Part shown: in pieces, positions 8,851-17,578 of the stretch
How positions within the stretch are numbered: position 1 is the first letter of the stretch
How the letters are laid out: every line of letters begins with the position of its first letter
NCBI RefSeq assembly: GCF_963931295.1
Contig: NZ_OZ007001.1
Location: 1,551,137-1,615,136 of the forward strand
Source: an uncultured Mailhella sp.
GTDB taxonomy: Bacteria > Desulfobacterota > Desulfovibrionia > Desulfovibrionales > Desulfovibrionaceae
DNA length: 64,000 nt
Direction: 5' to 3'
The notes under the pieces: generated by a model
What the model was told of the DNA's origin: nothing
The model's database searches: none
What the model saw: the letters and a program-made list of their open reading frames with translations, nothing else
Made by a program: the position numbers and the translations under genes

Positions 8851-11800
8851 ATGTTCCGAGCCGACCTGCATATCCATTCCCGTTTTTCCCGAGCCACAAG
8901 TTCGCGTCTCACTCTTCCCCATCTGGCGGCATGGGCCGGAGTCAAGGGCATCGACGTGCTGGCCACGGGCGACTTCACGCATCCCGTCTGGCGGCAGGAA
9001 CTGCGCGACGCCCTCGAACTCGACGAAAGCGGCCTCTTCCGCCTGAAAACGCCGCTTTCCCGCGAAGATCTGGCCCGCGAAATTCCCCACCTCGCCGGCA
9101 TGGAACCGCGGGAACCCCGCTTCATGCTGGAGGCGGAAATCAGTTCTATCTACAAGAAGAACGGAGCGGTGCGCAAGATACACAGCCTGGTCTATGTGCC
9201 GGATTTCGAGTCCGCCGACAGGCTCTGCGAAAAGCTGGAAGCCATCGGCAATCTGAAGTCCGACGGGCGTCCCATTCTCGGTCTGGACGTCAAGGATCTG
9301 CTTTCCATAGTGCTGGACATTCCCCGCGCCTACATGATTCCCGCCCACATCTGGACGCCGTGGTTCGCGCTCTTCGGCTCCAAGTCCGGCTTCGACAGTC
9401 TGGACGAATGCTTTGAAGACCTCGCTCCCCATATTTTTGCGGCGGAAACCGGCCTTTCCTCCGACCCGGACATGAACCGCTGCTGGAGCCATCTCGACAG
9501 GCTGCTCATGGTGTCGAGTTCCGACGCGCATTCGGGCGAGAACCTCGCGCGCGAGGCCACGCTCTTTGACGGCGCCATTTCCTACGACGGCATCTTCGAC
9601 GCGCTGCATCAGAAGAGAGGCGACACGACCTACGCCGGAACGCTGGAATTCTTTCCCGAGGAAGGCAAGTACCATCTCGACGGCCATCGCGCCTGCGGCG
9701 TGGTGCTCGAACCTGCGGAATGCATGAAGCTGAACAACATCTGCCCCGTGTGCGGCAAGCCTCTCACCGTGGGCGTGCTGCACCGCGTGCTGGAGCTTGC
9801 CGACCGCACCGAACCGCCCTGCCCGGGCAAGGATTTTCAGTCGCTCATTCCGCTGCCGGAAGTACTCGGCGAAATACTGCACTGCGGCTCGAAGACCCGG
9901 AAGGTGCAGGAAAAATACGCCGACCTGCTGGATCATTTCGGTTCGGAAATGACCATTCTGCAGGACACGCCGGAACACGATCTGCGTCACGCCTGGCCGG
10001 AGCTCGGCGAAGCCGTTTCCCGCATGCGGGCGGGCAAGGTCATCCGCCACGCAGGCTACGACGGCGAATACGGCACCATCCGCCTGTTTGAGGATGAGGA
10101 AAACGCCCCCTCCCTGCTGGAGCGCGTGCCCGCCGCCCGTCGCGCGCCCCTGAAAAAAAGCAGGGCTCAAAAAAAAAATCTGAACGCCGACACGTCGCCG
10201 ACTGACGGCGGAAGCTGCAAAAAAAGCGCCGAAAATCGTCCCGACTTTTCCCCGGAATCCTTCAGTCCCATGCAGCGCAAAGCGCTGGAGGCCGGCCCCG
10301 GCCCCGTGCTGGTGCTGGCGGGCCCGGGCGCGGGCAAGACAAGAACGCTCGTGGGCAGGCTCGTGCGGCTGCTTCGCTCCGGCACTCCGGCTTCGGACAT
10401 CGTGGCCATCACCTTCACGCGCCGCGCGGCCGAAGAAATGCGTTCGCGCCTTGCCGCCGCCATGGACGGCGAAGAAAACGCCCCGCTGCCGGAAGCCGAC
10501 ACCCTGCACGCGCTGGCCCTCAGGCACTGGCCCGGCGAGGCTCCGGTGGTGCTCTCCGAAGAAGGCGCGCGCAAGGCCTTTGCCTCGGCCAATCCCACGC
10601 TCGACAAGAAGGACGCCTCGCGCCTCTACGATCAGCTTGAGCTCGGCCGCGAAACGCTGAACGTTCCGGGCGAACTTGCGCCCCTGGCCGAACGCTACCG
10701 GCAATGGAAAAAAGAAAGGAATCTTGCCGACTACACCGATCTGCCGGAAACGTGGCTTGCCGAACTCAGAAGCCGGAACTACGGCGCGGCCAAGCCCTGG
10801 AAGCACATTCTCGTGGACGAAGTGCAGGATCTCTCGCCGTTGCAGAAGGCGCTCGTGGAAGCGCTGACCCCGGCGGACGGCTCGGGATTCTTCGGCATCG
10901 GCGATCCGGATCAGTCCATCTACGGTTTCCGCGGCGCGGATGCAGGCATTGAAGAATCCCTCCGCGCCCGCTGGCCGCAGCTGTGCGTGCTGGGCCTCAC
11001 CGAGAGTCACCGTTCCGCGGCCGCCATTCTCGCGGCCGGACACGACGCTCTGGCCGGGCACGGCGCCTGCGGGGAGCTCTCCTCCGTCACCGGGACCTCG
11101 GCCACGCTCCAGTGGATGGGCGCGCCGACCGCCGAACGGGAAGCCGCCTGGATTGCCGACCGCATTGCCTACCTCATCGGCGGCACGTCCCATCAGCAGG
11201 CCGACCTGCACGAAACGCTCGCGGGCTGCCATCTCGATTCCGGTTCCTGCAGCCCGGGAGAAATCGCCGTGCTCTGCCGCATCAAGGCGCTCATTCCTCC
11301 CATCCGTGCGGCGCTGGAACGCCGGGGCATTCCCTGCTCCGCGCCCGAAGCCGACGCCTTCTGGACCGACGAGAGCGCCGACGCCCTGCTTCAGGCCGCG
11401 GCGCGCTTCCACCGGCAGGAGGAACACTCCCGCAAGGAAGCCGCCTTTCTCGACGCCGACCGCTTTCCCCTGCTGGCGGCCATGGCTTCCGCCGCGCCGA
11501 CCGATGAAGGACGCAAGGAAGACGTGCTCGACGACGTGCCCGCCGAAACCTGGGCCGAAGGCCCGGACGCCGTGGTGGCCCGCTGCCCCGAGCGTTTTGC
11601 TCCGCTGTTCAGCGACTCTGCGGCGTTCAAGCGCCTCCGCCAGGCCTGGAAGGAACACGGCGGCTGGCCGAAACTTCTGGACTATGTATCGTTCCGGCGG
11701 GAAATCGACATGGTGAAGGGGCAGGCGGAATACGTGCAGCTCATGACCATGCACGCCTCCAAGGGCCTGGAATTCAAAGTCGTGTTCATTCCCGGCGCGG

Positions 11801-12072
11801 AAGACGGCCTGCTGCCCTTCCGCGGCGTGGGCGCGCTGCTCGGCAAAAGCGACGACTTCGCGCCGCCCCCCGTGGAAGAAGAGGAAAGGCTGCTCTACGT
11901 GGGCATCACCCGCGCCTCGGAAGCGGTGTTTCTGTCCTCCGCGGCAAGCCGCACCCTCTACGGGCACAAGCTTGCGCTGCCGCCTTCGCCCCTGCTGCCG
12001 CTCTCGCACTTTCACGCCGTCAGGCTGACGCGCCACACCAAAACCACGGCAAGTCAGCTGAGCCTGTTCTGA
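8851..12072 (+). CDS. Endonuclease Q (PHP)-family domain fused to a UvrD/Rep SF1 helicase
   Basis: N-term DLHIHS, TGD, PAHIWTPW, GLSSD, SDAHS, GKYHLDGHRAC..CPVCG; C-term GPGAGKT (Walker A), DEVQD, GDPDQSIYGFRGA, TMHASKGLEF, LYVGITRA. Confidence 0.88.
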   Translation: MFRADLHIHSRFSRATSSRLTLPHLAAWAGVKGIDVLATGDFTHPVWRQELRDALELDESGLFRLKTPLSREDLAREIPHLAGMEPREPRFMLEAEISSIYKKNGAVRKIHSLVYVPDFESADRLCEKLEAIGNLKSDGRPILGLDVKDLLSIVLDIPRAYMIPAHIWTPWFALFGSKSGFDSLDECFEDLAPHIFAAETGLSSDPDMNRCWSHLDRLLMVSSSDAHSGENLAREATLFDGAISYDGIFDALHQKRGDTTYAGTLEFFPEEGKYHLDGHRACGVVLEPAECMKLNNICPVCGKPLTVGVLHRVLELADRTEPPCPGKDFQSLIPLPEVLGEILHCGSKTRKVQEKYADLLDHFGSEMTILQDTPEHDLRHAWPELGEAVSRMRAGKVIRHAGYDGEYGTIRLFEDEENAPSLLERVPAARRAPLKKSRAQKKNLNADTSPTDGGSCKKSAENRPDFSPESFSPMQRKALEAGPGPVLVLAGPGAGKTRTLVGRLVRLLRSGTPASDIVAITFTRRAAEEMRSRLAAAMDGEENAPLPEADTLHALALRHWPGEAPVVLSEEGARKAFASANPTLDKKDASRLYDQLELGRETLNVPGELAPLAERYRQWKKERNLADYTDLPETWLAELRSRNYGAAKPWKHILVDEVQDLSPLQKALVEALTPADGSGFFGIGDPDQSIYGFRGADAGIEESLRARWPQLCVLGLTESHRSAAAILAAGHDALAGHGACGELSSVTGTSATLQWMGAPTAEREAAWIADRIAYLIGGTSHQQADLHETLAGCHLDSGSCSPGEIAVLCRIKALIPPIRAALERRGIPCSAPEADAFWTDESADALLQAAARFHRQEEHSRKEAAFLDADRFPLLAAMASAAPTDEGRKEDVLDDVPAETWAEGPDAVVARCPERFAPLFSDSAAFKRLRQAWKEHGGWPKLLDYVSFRREIDMVKGQAEYVQLMTMHASKGLEFKVVFIPGAEDGLLPFRGVGALLGKSDDFAPPPVEEEERLLYVGITRASEAVFLSSAASRTLYGHKLALPPSPLLPLSHFHAVRLTRHTKTTASQLSLF

Positions 12073-12116
12073 CGCGCCCCGCGCGCCCGCCTGCGGGCAG
12101 ACTTCCGGCGTCATCG

Positions 12117-12163
12117 AAAAAACAAAGGCCGTTCTCCCCAGGGAAAACGGCCTTTGTTTTTTT
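12117..12163. terminator. Bidirectional intrinsic terminator between the EndoQ-UvrD gene and the GRE operon
   Basis: 17-bp stem AAAAAACAAAGGCCGTT / AACGGCCTTTGTTTTTT. Confidence 0.85.
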
Positions 12164-12174
12164 CGGAATCCGCG

Positions 12175-12969
12175 TCAGGACGCCTGCCCCGACGGCTCCC
12201 GCTTCCTGAACACGATGAGCGGGCAGTTCTGGCAGATGTCCGCCCCAGGGAAGGGGTGGCCCGAACGCGTGATGGACACGCCGCCCGTTTTTTCCACGCG
12301 GTCGGCCATGCGTTCCACCACGGCGCGGATGTGAGAGCCGGGAATCATCACGTTGACTTCCCCGCGCTCCATCTTGCCGGAATTGTAGCTGCCCGCGCAG
12401 GCCAGGGTCAGATTGGCCTGACCGTGAATGCAGCTGAACGCCGTGCCGCCGCACACCGCGGAATTGATGCACAGGGACGGGCGGAAGGGATGCACGCCGG
12501 TAACGGCCATCCAGTCGCCCACAAGATGATACGCCTGCATGTTGTCGCAGCAGAAATGCACGACGTCCGGCATGTTCTTCTGTTCGCGCAAAGGCCGCAT
12601 GACCACGGCCAGCGGCGCTTTTTCCATGCGGGGCTTGCTCTCCACAAAACCGCGCACCTGCGCCTCATCCGTGCCGAAGCGCAGAAGATCGCGCACCACC
12701 GCGTCGCTCACTTCGTCCACGCCGAAGCAGCAGCGGGCGTCGAGACACCAGAGCTTCTTCATCTCCAGAAGCACGGTGCGCCCCTCCATGCGGGCCCCGA
12801 GCTCCGCCTGACAAAACGTCAGCGGCCGCACCGGCTCGCAATATTCGTTCTCCGCCCGAAACTGCTCCACGCTCTTTTCGTCGAACAGAAACGTGATGCC
12901 CACAGGCTCGTGCATGAGGCGAAGAAAACGCATGAGACACTCATGCATGCGCGCGTAATCCATATTCAT
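12175..12969 (-). CDS. DUF169 family Cys-rich protein
   Basis: EPVGI...FCQA...WC...NSAVCGG...LACAGSYNSG.MERGEV..MIP pattern; many Cys; RBS GGAGAG. Confidence 0.7.
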   Translation of the reverse strand: MNMDYARMHECLMRFLRLMHEPVGITFLFDEKSVEQFRAENEYCEPVRPLTFCQAELGARMEGRTVLLEMKKLWCLDARCCFGVDEVSDAVVRDLLRFGTDEAQVRGFVESKPRMEKAPLAVVMRPLREQKNMPDVVHFCCDNMQAYHLVGDWMAVTGVHPFRPSLCINSAVCGGTAFSCIHGQANLTLACAGSYNSGKMERGEVNVMIPGSHIRAVVERMADRVEKTGGVSITRSGHPFPGADICQNCPLIVFRKREPSGQAS

Positions 12970-13143
12970 CTTCTCTCCTCCCGCAGCGCGCCGGATCCCC
13001 GAAGGCCTCCGTCACGCCCTTGCCGTCGTCCGGCCCGTTCACGGCAGAACCCGCCTTCCGGTTTTGCCGGAAAGCGGGCCTCACTTCGCCGCAACGCGTC
13101 TGCAACGCGCTTCGCGGCGCTCTTCAACAGGAACAGTTCCGCA

Positions 13144-13443
13144 TCAGTTGTCGGAATCCAGCGCCTTGACCTCAACCTGCTTTTCTTCGTTGAGCCCAAG
13201 GGAGAACCTGCGGCCGTACCTCAGCAGAAAATCGCCGTCGGCAATGAAGGTGACGTCTTCCACGGTCACGCTTTCATCCTCGTCCTCGTCCTTTTCCTCC
13301 AGAGCGAGCCCCAGAATGATGCGGGAACGGCAGCCGCCTCCCAGCGTGTATTCGCGCAGGCGCACACAGGTTCCTTCATCTTCGTCTTCCAGCATGGAAC
13401 GGAGTTTCGCCAGCATTTCTTCATTGACAGTCACTGTGAACAT
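13144..13443 (-). CDS. HesB/ErpA-like small acidic protein, Cys-containing paralog (GGGC38)
   Basis: 99 aa; VRLREYTLGGGC..IILGLALEE...V..IAD pattern of HesB/IscA-like fold; about 63% identical by hand alignment to the upstream Sec paralog. Confidence 0.75.
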   Translation of the reverse strand: MFTVTVNEEMLAKLRSMLEDEDEGTCVRLREYTLGGGCRSRIILGLALEEKDEDEDESVTVEDVTFIADGDFLLRYGRRFSLGLNEEKQVEVKALDSDN

Positions 13444-13541
13444 GGTCTTCTCCCGTGTTGCGCAGGCACTTCTGCCGACGGTTCCGCCCCGTATCCTGCT
13501 TCCGGGCCTCCCGGAAAACGGATCCTGTCCCGACGCCTTTC

Positions 13542-13835
13542 CTAAGCGTTCAGAGCCGTCAGCACGACCTGCTTCTCTTCATTGAAGCTCAGCTCGTAAG
13601 CCTTGCCGTACTTTGTCAGAAAATCATTGTCTGCGATGAAGGGGACGTCTTCGACGAGAATCTTTTCATCCTCGTCTTCGTCCATTTCGTCCATGCCCAG
13701 ACCGAGCACGATCTTGCAATGTCATCCGCCGCCCACTTTGTATTCGCGCAGACGCACGCAGATTTCCTCATCTTCATCTTCCAGCATGGCGCGAAGCTTT
13801 TCCAGCATTTCGTCGCCTATGGTCACGGTAAACAT
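13542..13835 (-). CDS. HesB/ErpA-like selenoprotein (Sec38, GGGUHC), 97 aa
   Basis: ATG 13835 with CAGGAG RBS. In-frame TGA at 13722-13724 aligns with Cys38 of the paralog, and homology continues for 59 codons to TAG at 13542. SECIS-like hairpin follows the TGA. Confidence 0.85.
13693..13709 (-). promoter_or_regulatory. Bacterial SECIS-like hairpin
   Basis: GUGCUC-[GGUCU]-GGGCAU 6-bp stem, with its G-rich apical loop starting 18 nt after the UGA; absent at the same position in the Cys paralog. Confidence 0.7.
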
Positions 13836-13860
13836 AGCTGCTCCTGTTGATTTTGCGCTG

Positions 13861-14754
13861 TCACACGACAACGGTGGAAAGGCCGTGTCTTCTGAAGCGT
13901 TCCCGAACTTCCCTGAGGGCTTCCGGCGTGTACTGTTCCACCGGCGGCAACGGCTTTCCGAGGGCCTGATACTTGCTTTTTCCAAAGGCATGGCACGGCA
14001 TGATCTCTATTTCGGAACGGCCGTACCTGCCGAAAAACTGCGCCATGGCTTCAAGATTCTCGTCCGAATCGTTGAGGCCCGGCATGAGCGGCATGCGGAT
14101 GCGCACTTCCTTGCCCGACTCCAGCGCCGCGCCCATGTTGCGGAGTATGAGGGCGTTGTCCTGCCCGGTAAGCTCCCGGTGTCTTGCAGGATCCATGTGC
14201 TTGCAGTCGAAAAGGAAAAGATCCGCCAGCTTGAGGGCCTTGTCGAAGCGTTCTTCCGGGCAGAAGCCGCAGGTGTCCACGGTCACGTGCCAGCCCTCAT
14301 AGAGAGAGGCTTCCGCAAGATCGAGAAAAAACTCGCCCGCCGCCGTGGGCTCTCCGCCCCCGAAGGTCACGCCGCCCCCGGAATTTTCATAGAAAAGCGC
14401 GTCCTTGCGCACAACGGCGATCACTTCGTCCACGCTCATGACCCTGCCGCTCATTTCTCTGGCCTTGGTCGGACACGCCGGGGCGCAGGCTCCGCAGGAA
14501 AGGCACTTTTCCCTGTCGAGCAGAGACACGCCGTTTTCCATGCGCACGGCGCCCGCGGGGCAGACCTTTTCGCAGGCTCCGCAGCCCGTGCACAGATCCT
14601 GAAAGAACAGAAGCTGAGGGGCAAAGCTCTGGGATTCGGGATTGCTGCACCAGAGGCAGCGGAGCGGGCAGCCTTTCAGAAACACGGTGGTTCTGATGCC
14701 GGGGCCGTCCTTGGTGGACATGCGCTGAATGTTGTAAACCGTTCCCTTGCTCAT
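13861..14754 (-). CDS. Glycyl-radical enzyme activating enzyme (radical SAM with 2x[4Fe-4S] ferredoxin insert)
   Basis: DGPGIRTTVFLKGCPLRCLWCSNPES; CTGCGACEKVCP and CLSCGACAPACP; GGVTFGGGEP. Confidence 0.95.
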   Translation of the reverse strand: MSKGTVYNIQRMSTKDGPGIRTTVFLKGCPLRCLWCSNPESQSFAPQLLFFQDLCTGCGACEKVCPAGAVRMENGVSLLDREKCLSCGACAPACPTKAREMSGRVMSVDEVIAVVRKDALFYENSGGGVTFGGGEPTAAGEFFLDLAEASLYEGWHVTVDTCGFCPEERFDKALKLADLFLFDCKHMDPARHRELTGQDNALILRNMGAALESGKEVRIRMPLMPGLNDSDENLEAMAQFFGRYGRSEIEIMPCHAFGKSKYQALGKPLPPVEQYTPEALREVRERFRRHGLSTVVV

Positions 14755-14884
14755 GGATCCCCTCCCCGCGGGCGGCCCGTGCCGTTCCGGCGGCCTTCTG
14801 CGGCCCCCGTTTTCCGAAACCCCCGGGCGACCGGTGTTCCGCTCTTATGCGAGGCGGCGGAGCCGGGCCCCGCCGCCGTTCGTT

Positions 14885-17329
14885 TTACTGGGCGTACTCG
14901 GTACGCTTGATTATTTCATTCTGCACGCCGCGGTCGAGGCGGGTGAAGTAGGCGCTGAATCCGGCCACGCGGACCACGAGATCCTTGTAGTCCTGCGGAT
15001 GATCCTGCGCGTCCTGCAGCGTGGCGGAGCTTACGCAGTTGAACTGAATGTGCGAACCGCCGTAGTCGCAGTAGGTCTTGATGAGCGAAATGAGATTGCG
15101 CGCGCCCTGCGGACCTTCCAGCGCGGAGGGCAGGAACTTCACGTTGAAGTGGTTCGCGCCGTAGCGCACGGTGTCGATGGCTTCCGCACCGGACTTGATG
15201 AGGGCGGTGACGCCTTCATGATCGGTGCCGGGCATGGCGGACACGCTGCCGTCGGTAAGGGCCACGCCTGCCTTGCGGCCCGTGGGCAGAGCGCCCATGA
15301 GCGAGCCGAAGTAGTTGTGGTAGGAGAGCGAGTAGGCGTCCAGAGGCGTTCTGTGGCCGAAGCAGTCCGGGCCGACGGAGCTGTGGATTTCATCCACGTC
15401 GCGGTAGAATCGCTGCACGAATTCTTCCACTTCGGGATAGTCGTTGCCGTGCTTGGGAGCCTCGAAGCACATCTTGCGGATGTCTTCATAGCCTTCAAAG
15501 TTGGCGTTGAGGGCTTCCAGCAGCTGTTCCATGGTGAGCTTCCTGGTGTCGAACACCAGATGCTTGATGGCGAGCAGCGAGTTGGCGGCGTCTATGCCCG
15601 CGGTCATGATGGGGTTCACCTGCGGATACTTGGTGCCGCCGGCTTCTTCGCACATGCCCTTTTCCACGCAGCCTTCGTACATGACCGAGCGGAAAATGCT
15701 CGGCACCACCTGCAGACGGGCCATCTGGCTGAGATCGGAGTGATGGCGGGAAATGGTGAACAGGTGCTTGAGCTGCGCCTTGCAGGCGTCGTACACTTCT
15801 TCAAAGGTCTTGAATTCGCGAGGATCGCCGGTTTCCGCGCCCACCACCTTCTTGGTGGAGGGATCCTTGCCGTTGTGGAGCAGAAGTTCCACGACCTTGG
15901 CGAGGCAGGGCTGGTCTTCCTGCGTGATGAAGCTGCCCATGCCGCAGATGCCCGTGGACACGCAGCCGTAGTTGCCGCAGTTGCGGGCGTCTTCGAGCGT
16001 GATGCCGCCTTCGTACTGAGAGAAGCGGGCGAGATTGCGTTCGATGACCACGGTGTTGTTGAGAATCTGAGGCTGGCCGGAGCCGCCGCGGATGCAGTCC
16101 ACCACCTTGTTCATGTAGGAAGTCTTGAGCTTCGGATGATAGAGCAGGGTCAGCGTGGGCTGAATGCCGCGCATTCTGATCTGGGTTTCCAGCAGCAGTT
16201 CTTCCAGTTCGGTGCTGGCGTCGCGGCCGTAGGCGTCCACGCCGCCGATGGTGATGGTCTGGCCGGTGTGGCCGGAAAGCGTCTTGGCGTAGGAGCCGCC
16301 CTGGTATTCGCCGAGTTCCATGTGCTTGATCCACTGGAACTTCAGCAGGGTGATGACCTGTTCGCGGGTCAGCTTTCCTTCGTCGATGTCCTTCTTGTAG
16401 AAGGGATACATGTACTGACCATAACGGCCGGGGGAGGTGGCGCAGGCCATCTGTTCCACTTCGATGGCGAGGTGAATGAACCAGAAGGACTGGATGGCTT
16501 CACGGAAGTTGCGGGCGGGATATTCGGGCACGCGACGGCAGATTTCCGCGATTTCCAGAAGTTCGGCCTTGTTCTTGGGATCGGTTTCGGCTTCGGCCGT
16601 CTTTTCCGCAAGGTCGGCATAGCGGTGGGAATGGGCAATGACGGCTTCCGTGGCCACGATCATGGCGCGGTAGAGGTCATGCTTTTCCTTGTTTTCCAGC
16701 GTGGTGGGGCAGTCGAGGAGGCGCTTTTTCAGATCGTCCACCACCCAGCGCAGGCCCTTGTTGAGCGCCTTGGGATAGTCGGCGATGCCGGAACCGGAAG
16801 CCACGCTCACGTTGTCGTAGTACATGCCGGCCTTGGAATACTGCGCGGGATTCACACCGTACTTGTCCTTGTACATCTTGTTGTTCAGGGCAATGCAGGT
16901 GCGGTTCTTCCACTTCTTGTACACCTTTTCGAGCAGATCCTGGGTCTCCTGCGGAATCTTCATTTCGCCGAGAGAGGTCATCTTGGCGAGCTGCATTTCG
17001 TCCTTGATCCAGGACACGTTCCATTCAGGATACGGATTCACGCCGCAGCGGATGCCCGTAAGCGTGCCCACGATGGGGTTGCCGTCCAGAAAAATCTTCT
17101 TGGTCAAGAGCACGCGTTCAAACAGTTTCGCCCGGATGTAGAGCGTGGATTCGCCGGCGAATTCATCATACACGTCCAGAAGGCAGCGGAGGCGTTCCGG
17201 ATCCATGACCTGAGGCGCGGTCATCAGGAAGTCCTTCAGCTCCTGAACGCGCTGTTCGGCGGTATCCCAGTTGATGCCGTAGCCCTGCCCTTCCACCGGG
17301 GCAGGCGAGGTGAACTGCATGACAGACAT
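14885..17329 (-). CDS. Glycyl radical enzyme (PFL2-like superfamily), substrate unassigned
   Basis: 814 aa; C-terminal VRVAGFSAYF with Gly790; active-site loop NCGNYGC456VSTG; SPGRYGQY and TIGG motifs. Lacks the adjacent Cys-Cys of true PFL. Confidence 0.93.
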   Translation of the reverse strand: MSVMQFTSPAPVEGQGYGINWDTAEQRVQELKDFLMTAPQVMDPERLRCLLDVYDEFAGESTLYIRAKLFERVLLTKKIFLDGNPIVGTLTGIRCGVNPYPEWNVSWIKDEMQLAKMTSLGEMKIPQETQDLLEKVYKKWKNRTCIALNNKMYKDKYGVNPAQYSKAGMYYDNVSVASGSGIADYPKALNKGLRWVVDDLKKRLLDCPTTLENKEKHDLYRAMIVATEAVIAHSHRYADLAEKTAEAETDPKNKAELLEIAEICRRVPEYPARNFREAIQSFWFIHLAIEVEQMACATSPGRYGQYMYPFYKKDIDEGKLTREQVITLLKFQWIKHMELGEYQGGSYAKTLSGHTGQTITIGGVDAYGRDASTELEELLLETQIRMRGIQPTLTLLYHPKLKTSYMNKVVDCIRGGSGQPQILNNTVVIERNLARFSQYEGGITLEDARNCGNYGCVSTGICGMGSFITQEDQPCLAKVVELLLHNGKDPSTKKVVGAETGDPREFKTFEEVYDACKAQLKHLFTISRHHSDLSQMARLQVVPSIFRSVMYEGCVEKGMCEEAGGTKYPQVNPIMTAGIDAANSLLAIKHLVFDTRKLTMEQLLEALNANFEGYEDIRKMCFEAPKHGNDYPEVEEFVQRFYRDVDEIHSSVGPDCFGHRTPLDAYSLSYHNYFGSLMGALPTGRKAGVALTDGSVSAMPGTDHEGVTALIKSGAEAIDTVRYGANHFNVKFLPSALEGPQGARNLISLIKTYCDYGGSHIQFNCVSSATLQDAQDHPQDYKDLVVRVAGFSAYFTRLDRGVQNEIIKRTEYAQ

Positions 17330-17395
17330 GAGGGGTCTCCTGTAGGAATGTTTTATGGGGACAGGAAAAAATTGCTTGCTTGTTGCCGTACACTA

Positions 17396-17412
17396 TGCAC
17401 AAAGCGTGCCAA
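17396..17412 (-). promoter_or_regulatory. Sigma-54 (-24/-12) promoter of GRE operon
   Basis: Minus strand TTGGCACGCTTTGTGCA = GG-N10-GC, about 70 bp upstream of the GRE start. Confidence 0.8.
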
Positions 17413-17509
17413 CTTTTTCTCAATGTAAATAATTTATTGAAATATTTAATTTTTATAAAACATGCCGCGCGCAAAATCCGGAATAATCTTTTTTCGGACC
17501 TAAAAAAAC

Positions 17510-17527
17510 TTTCTTTTTAGAAAGAAA
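17510..17527. promoter_or_regulatory. Candidate upstream activator site (TTTCTTT-N4-AAAGAAA)
   Basis: Perfect 7-4-7 palindrome about 110 bp upstream of the -24 element; same arms and spacing at 19603-19620. Confidence 0.6.
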
Positions 17528-17578
17528 TTTTCTATACATGAGAAAAATTTATCAGAGCATTCCAGCAAAGGATTCCGC

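Noticed and set aside
13722-13991. 89-aa ORF in the track ending at TGA
   Set aside because: The real start is 13835, and the TGA is best read as Sec because homology to the paralog continues beyond it.
14885-17329. Calling the GRE pflB, cutC or islA
   Set aside because: It lacks the PFL Cys-Cys and the C-x-E of CutC/IslA; there are no microcompartment genes nearby.
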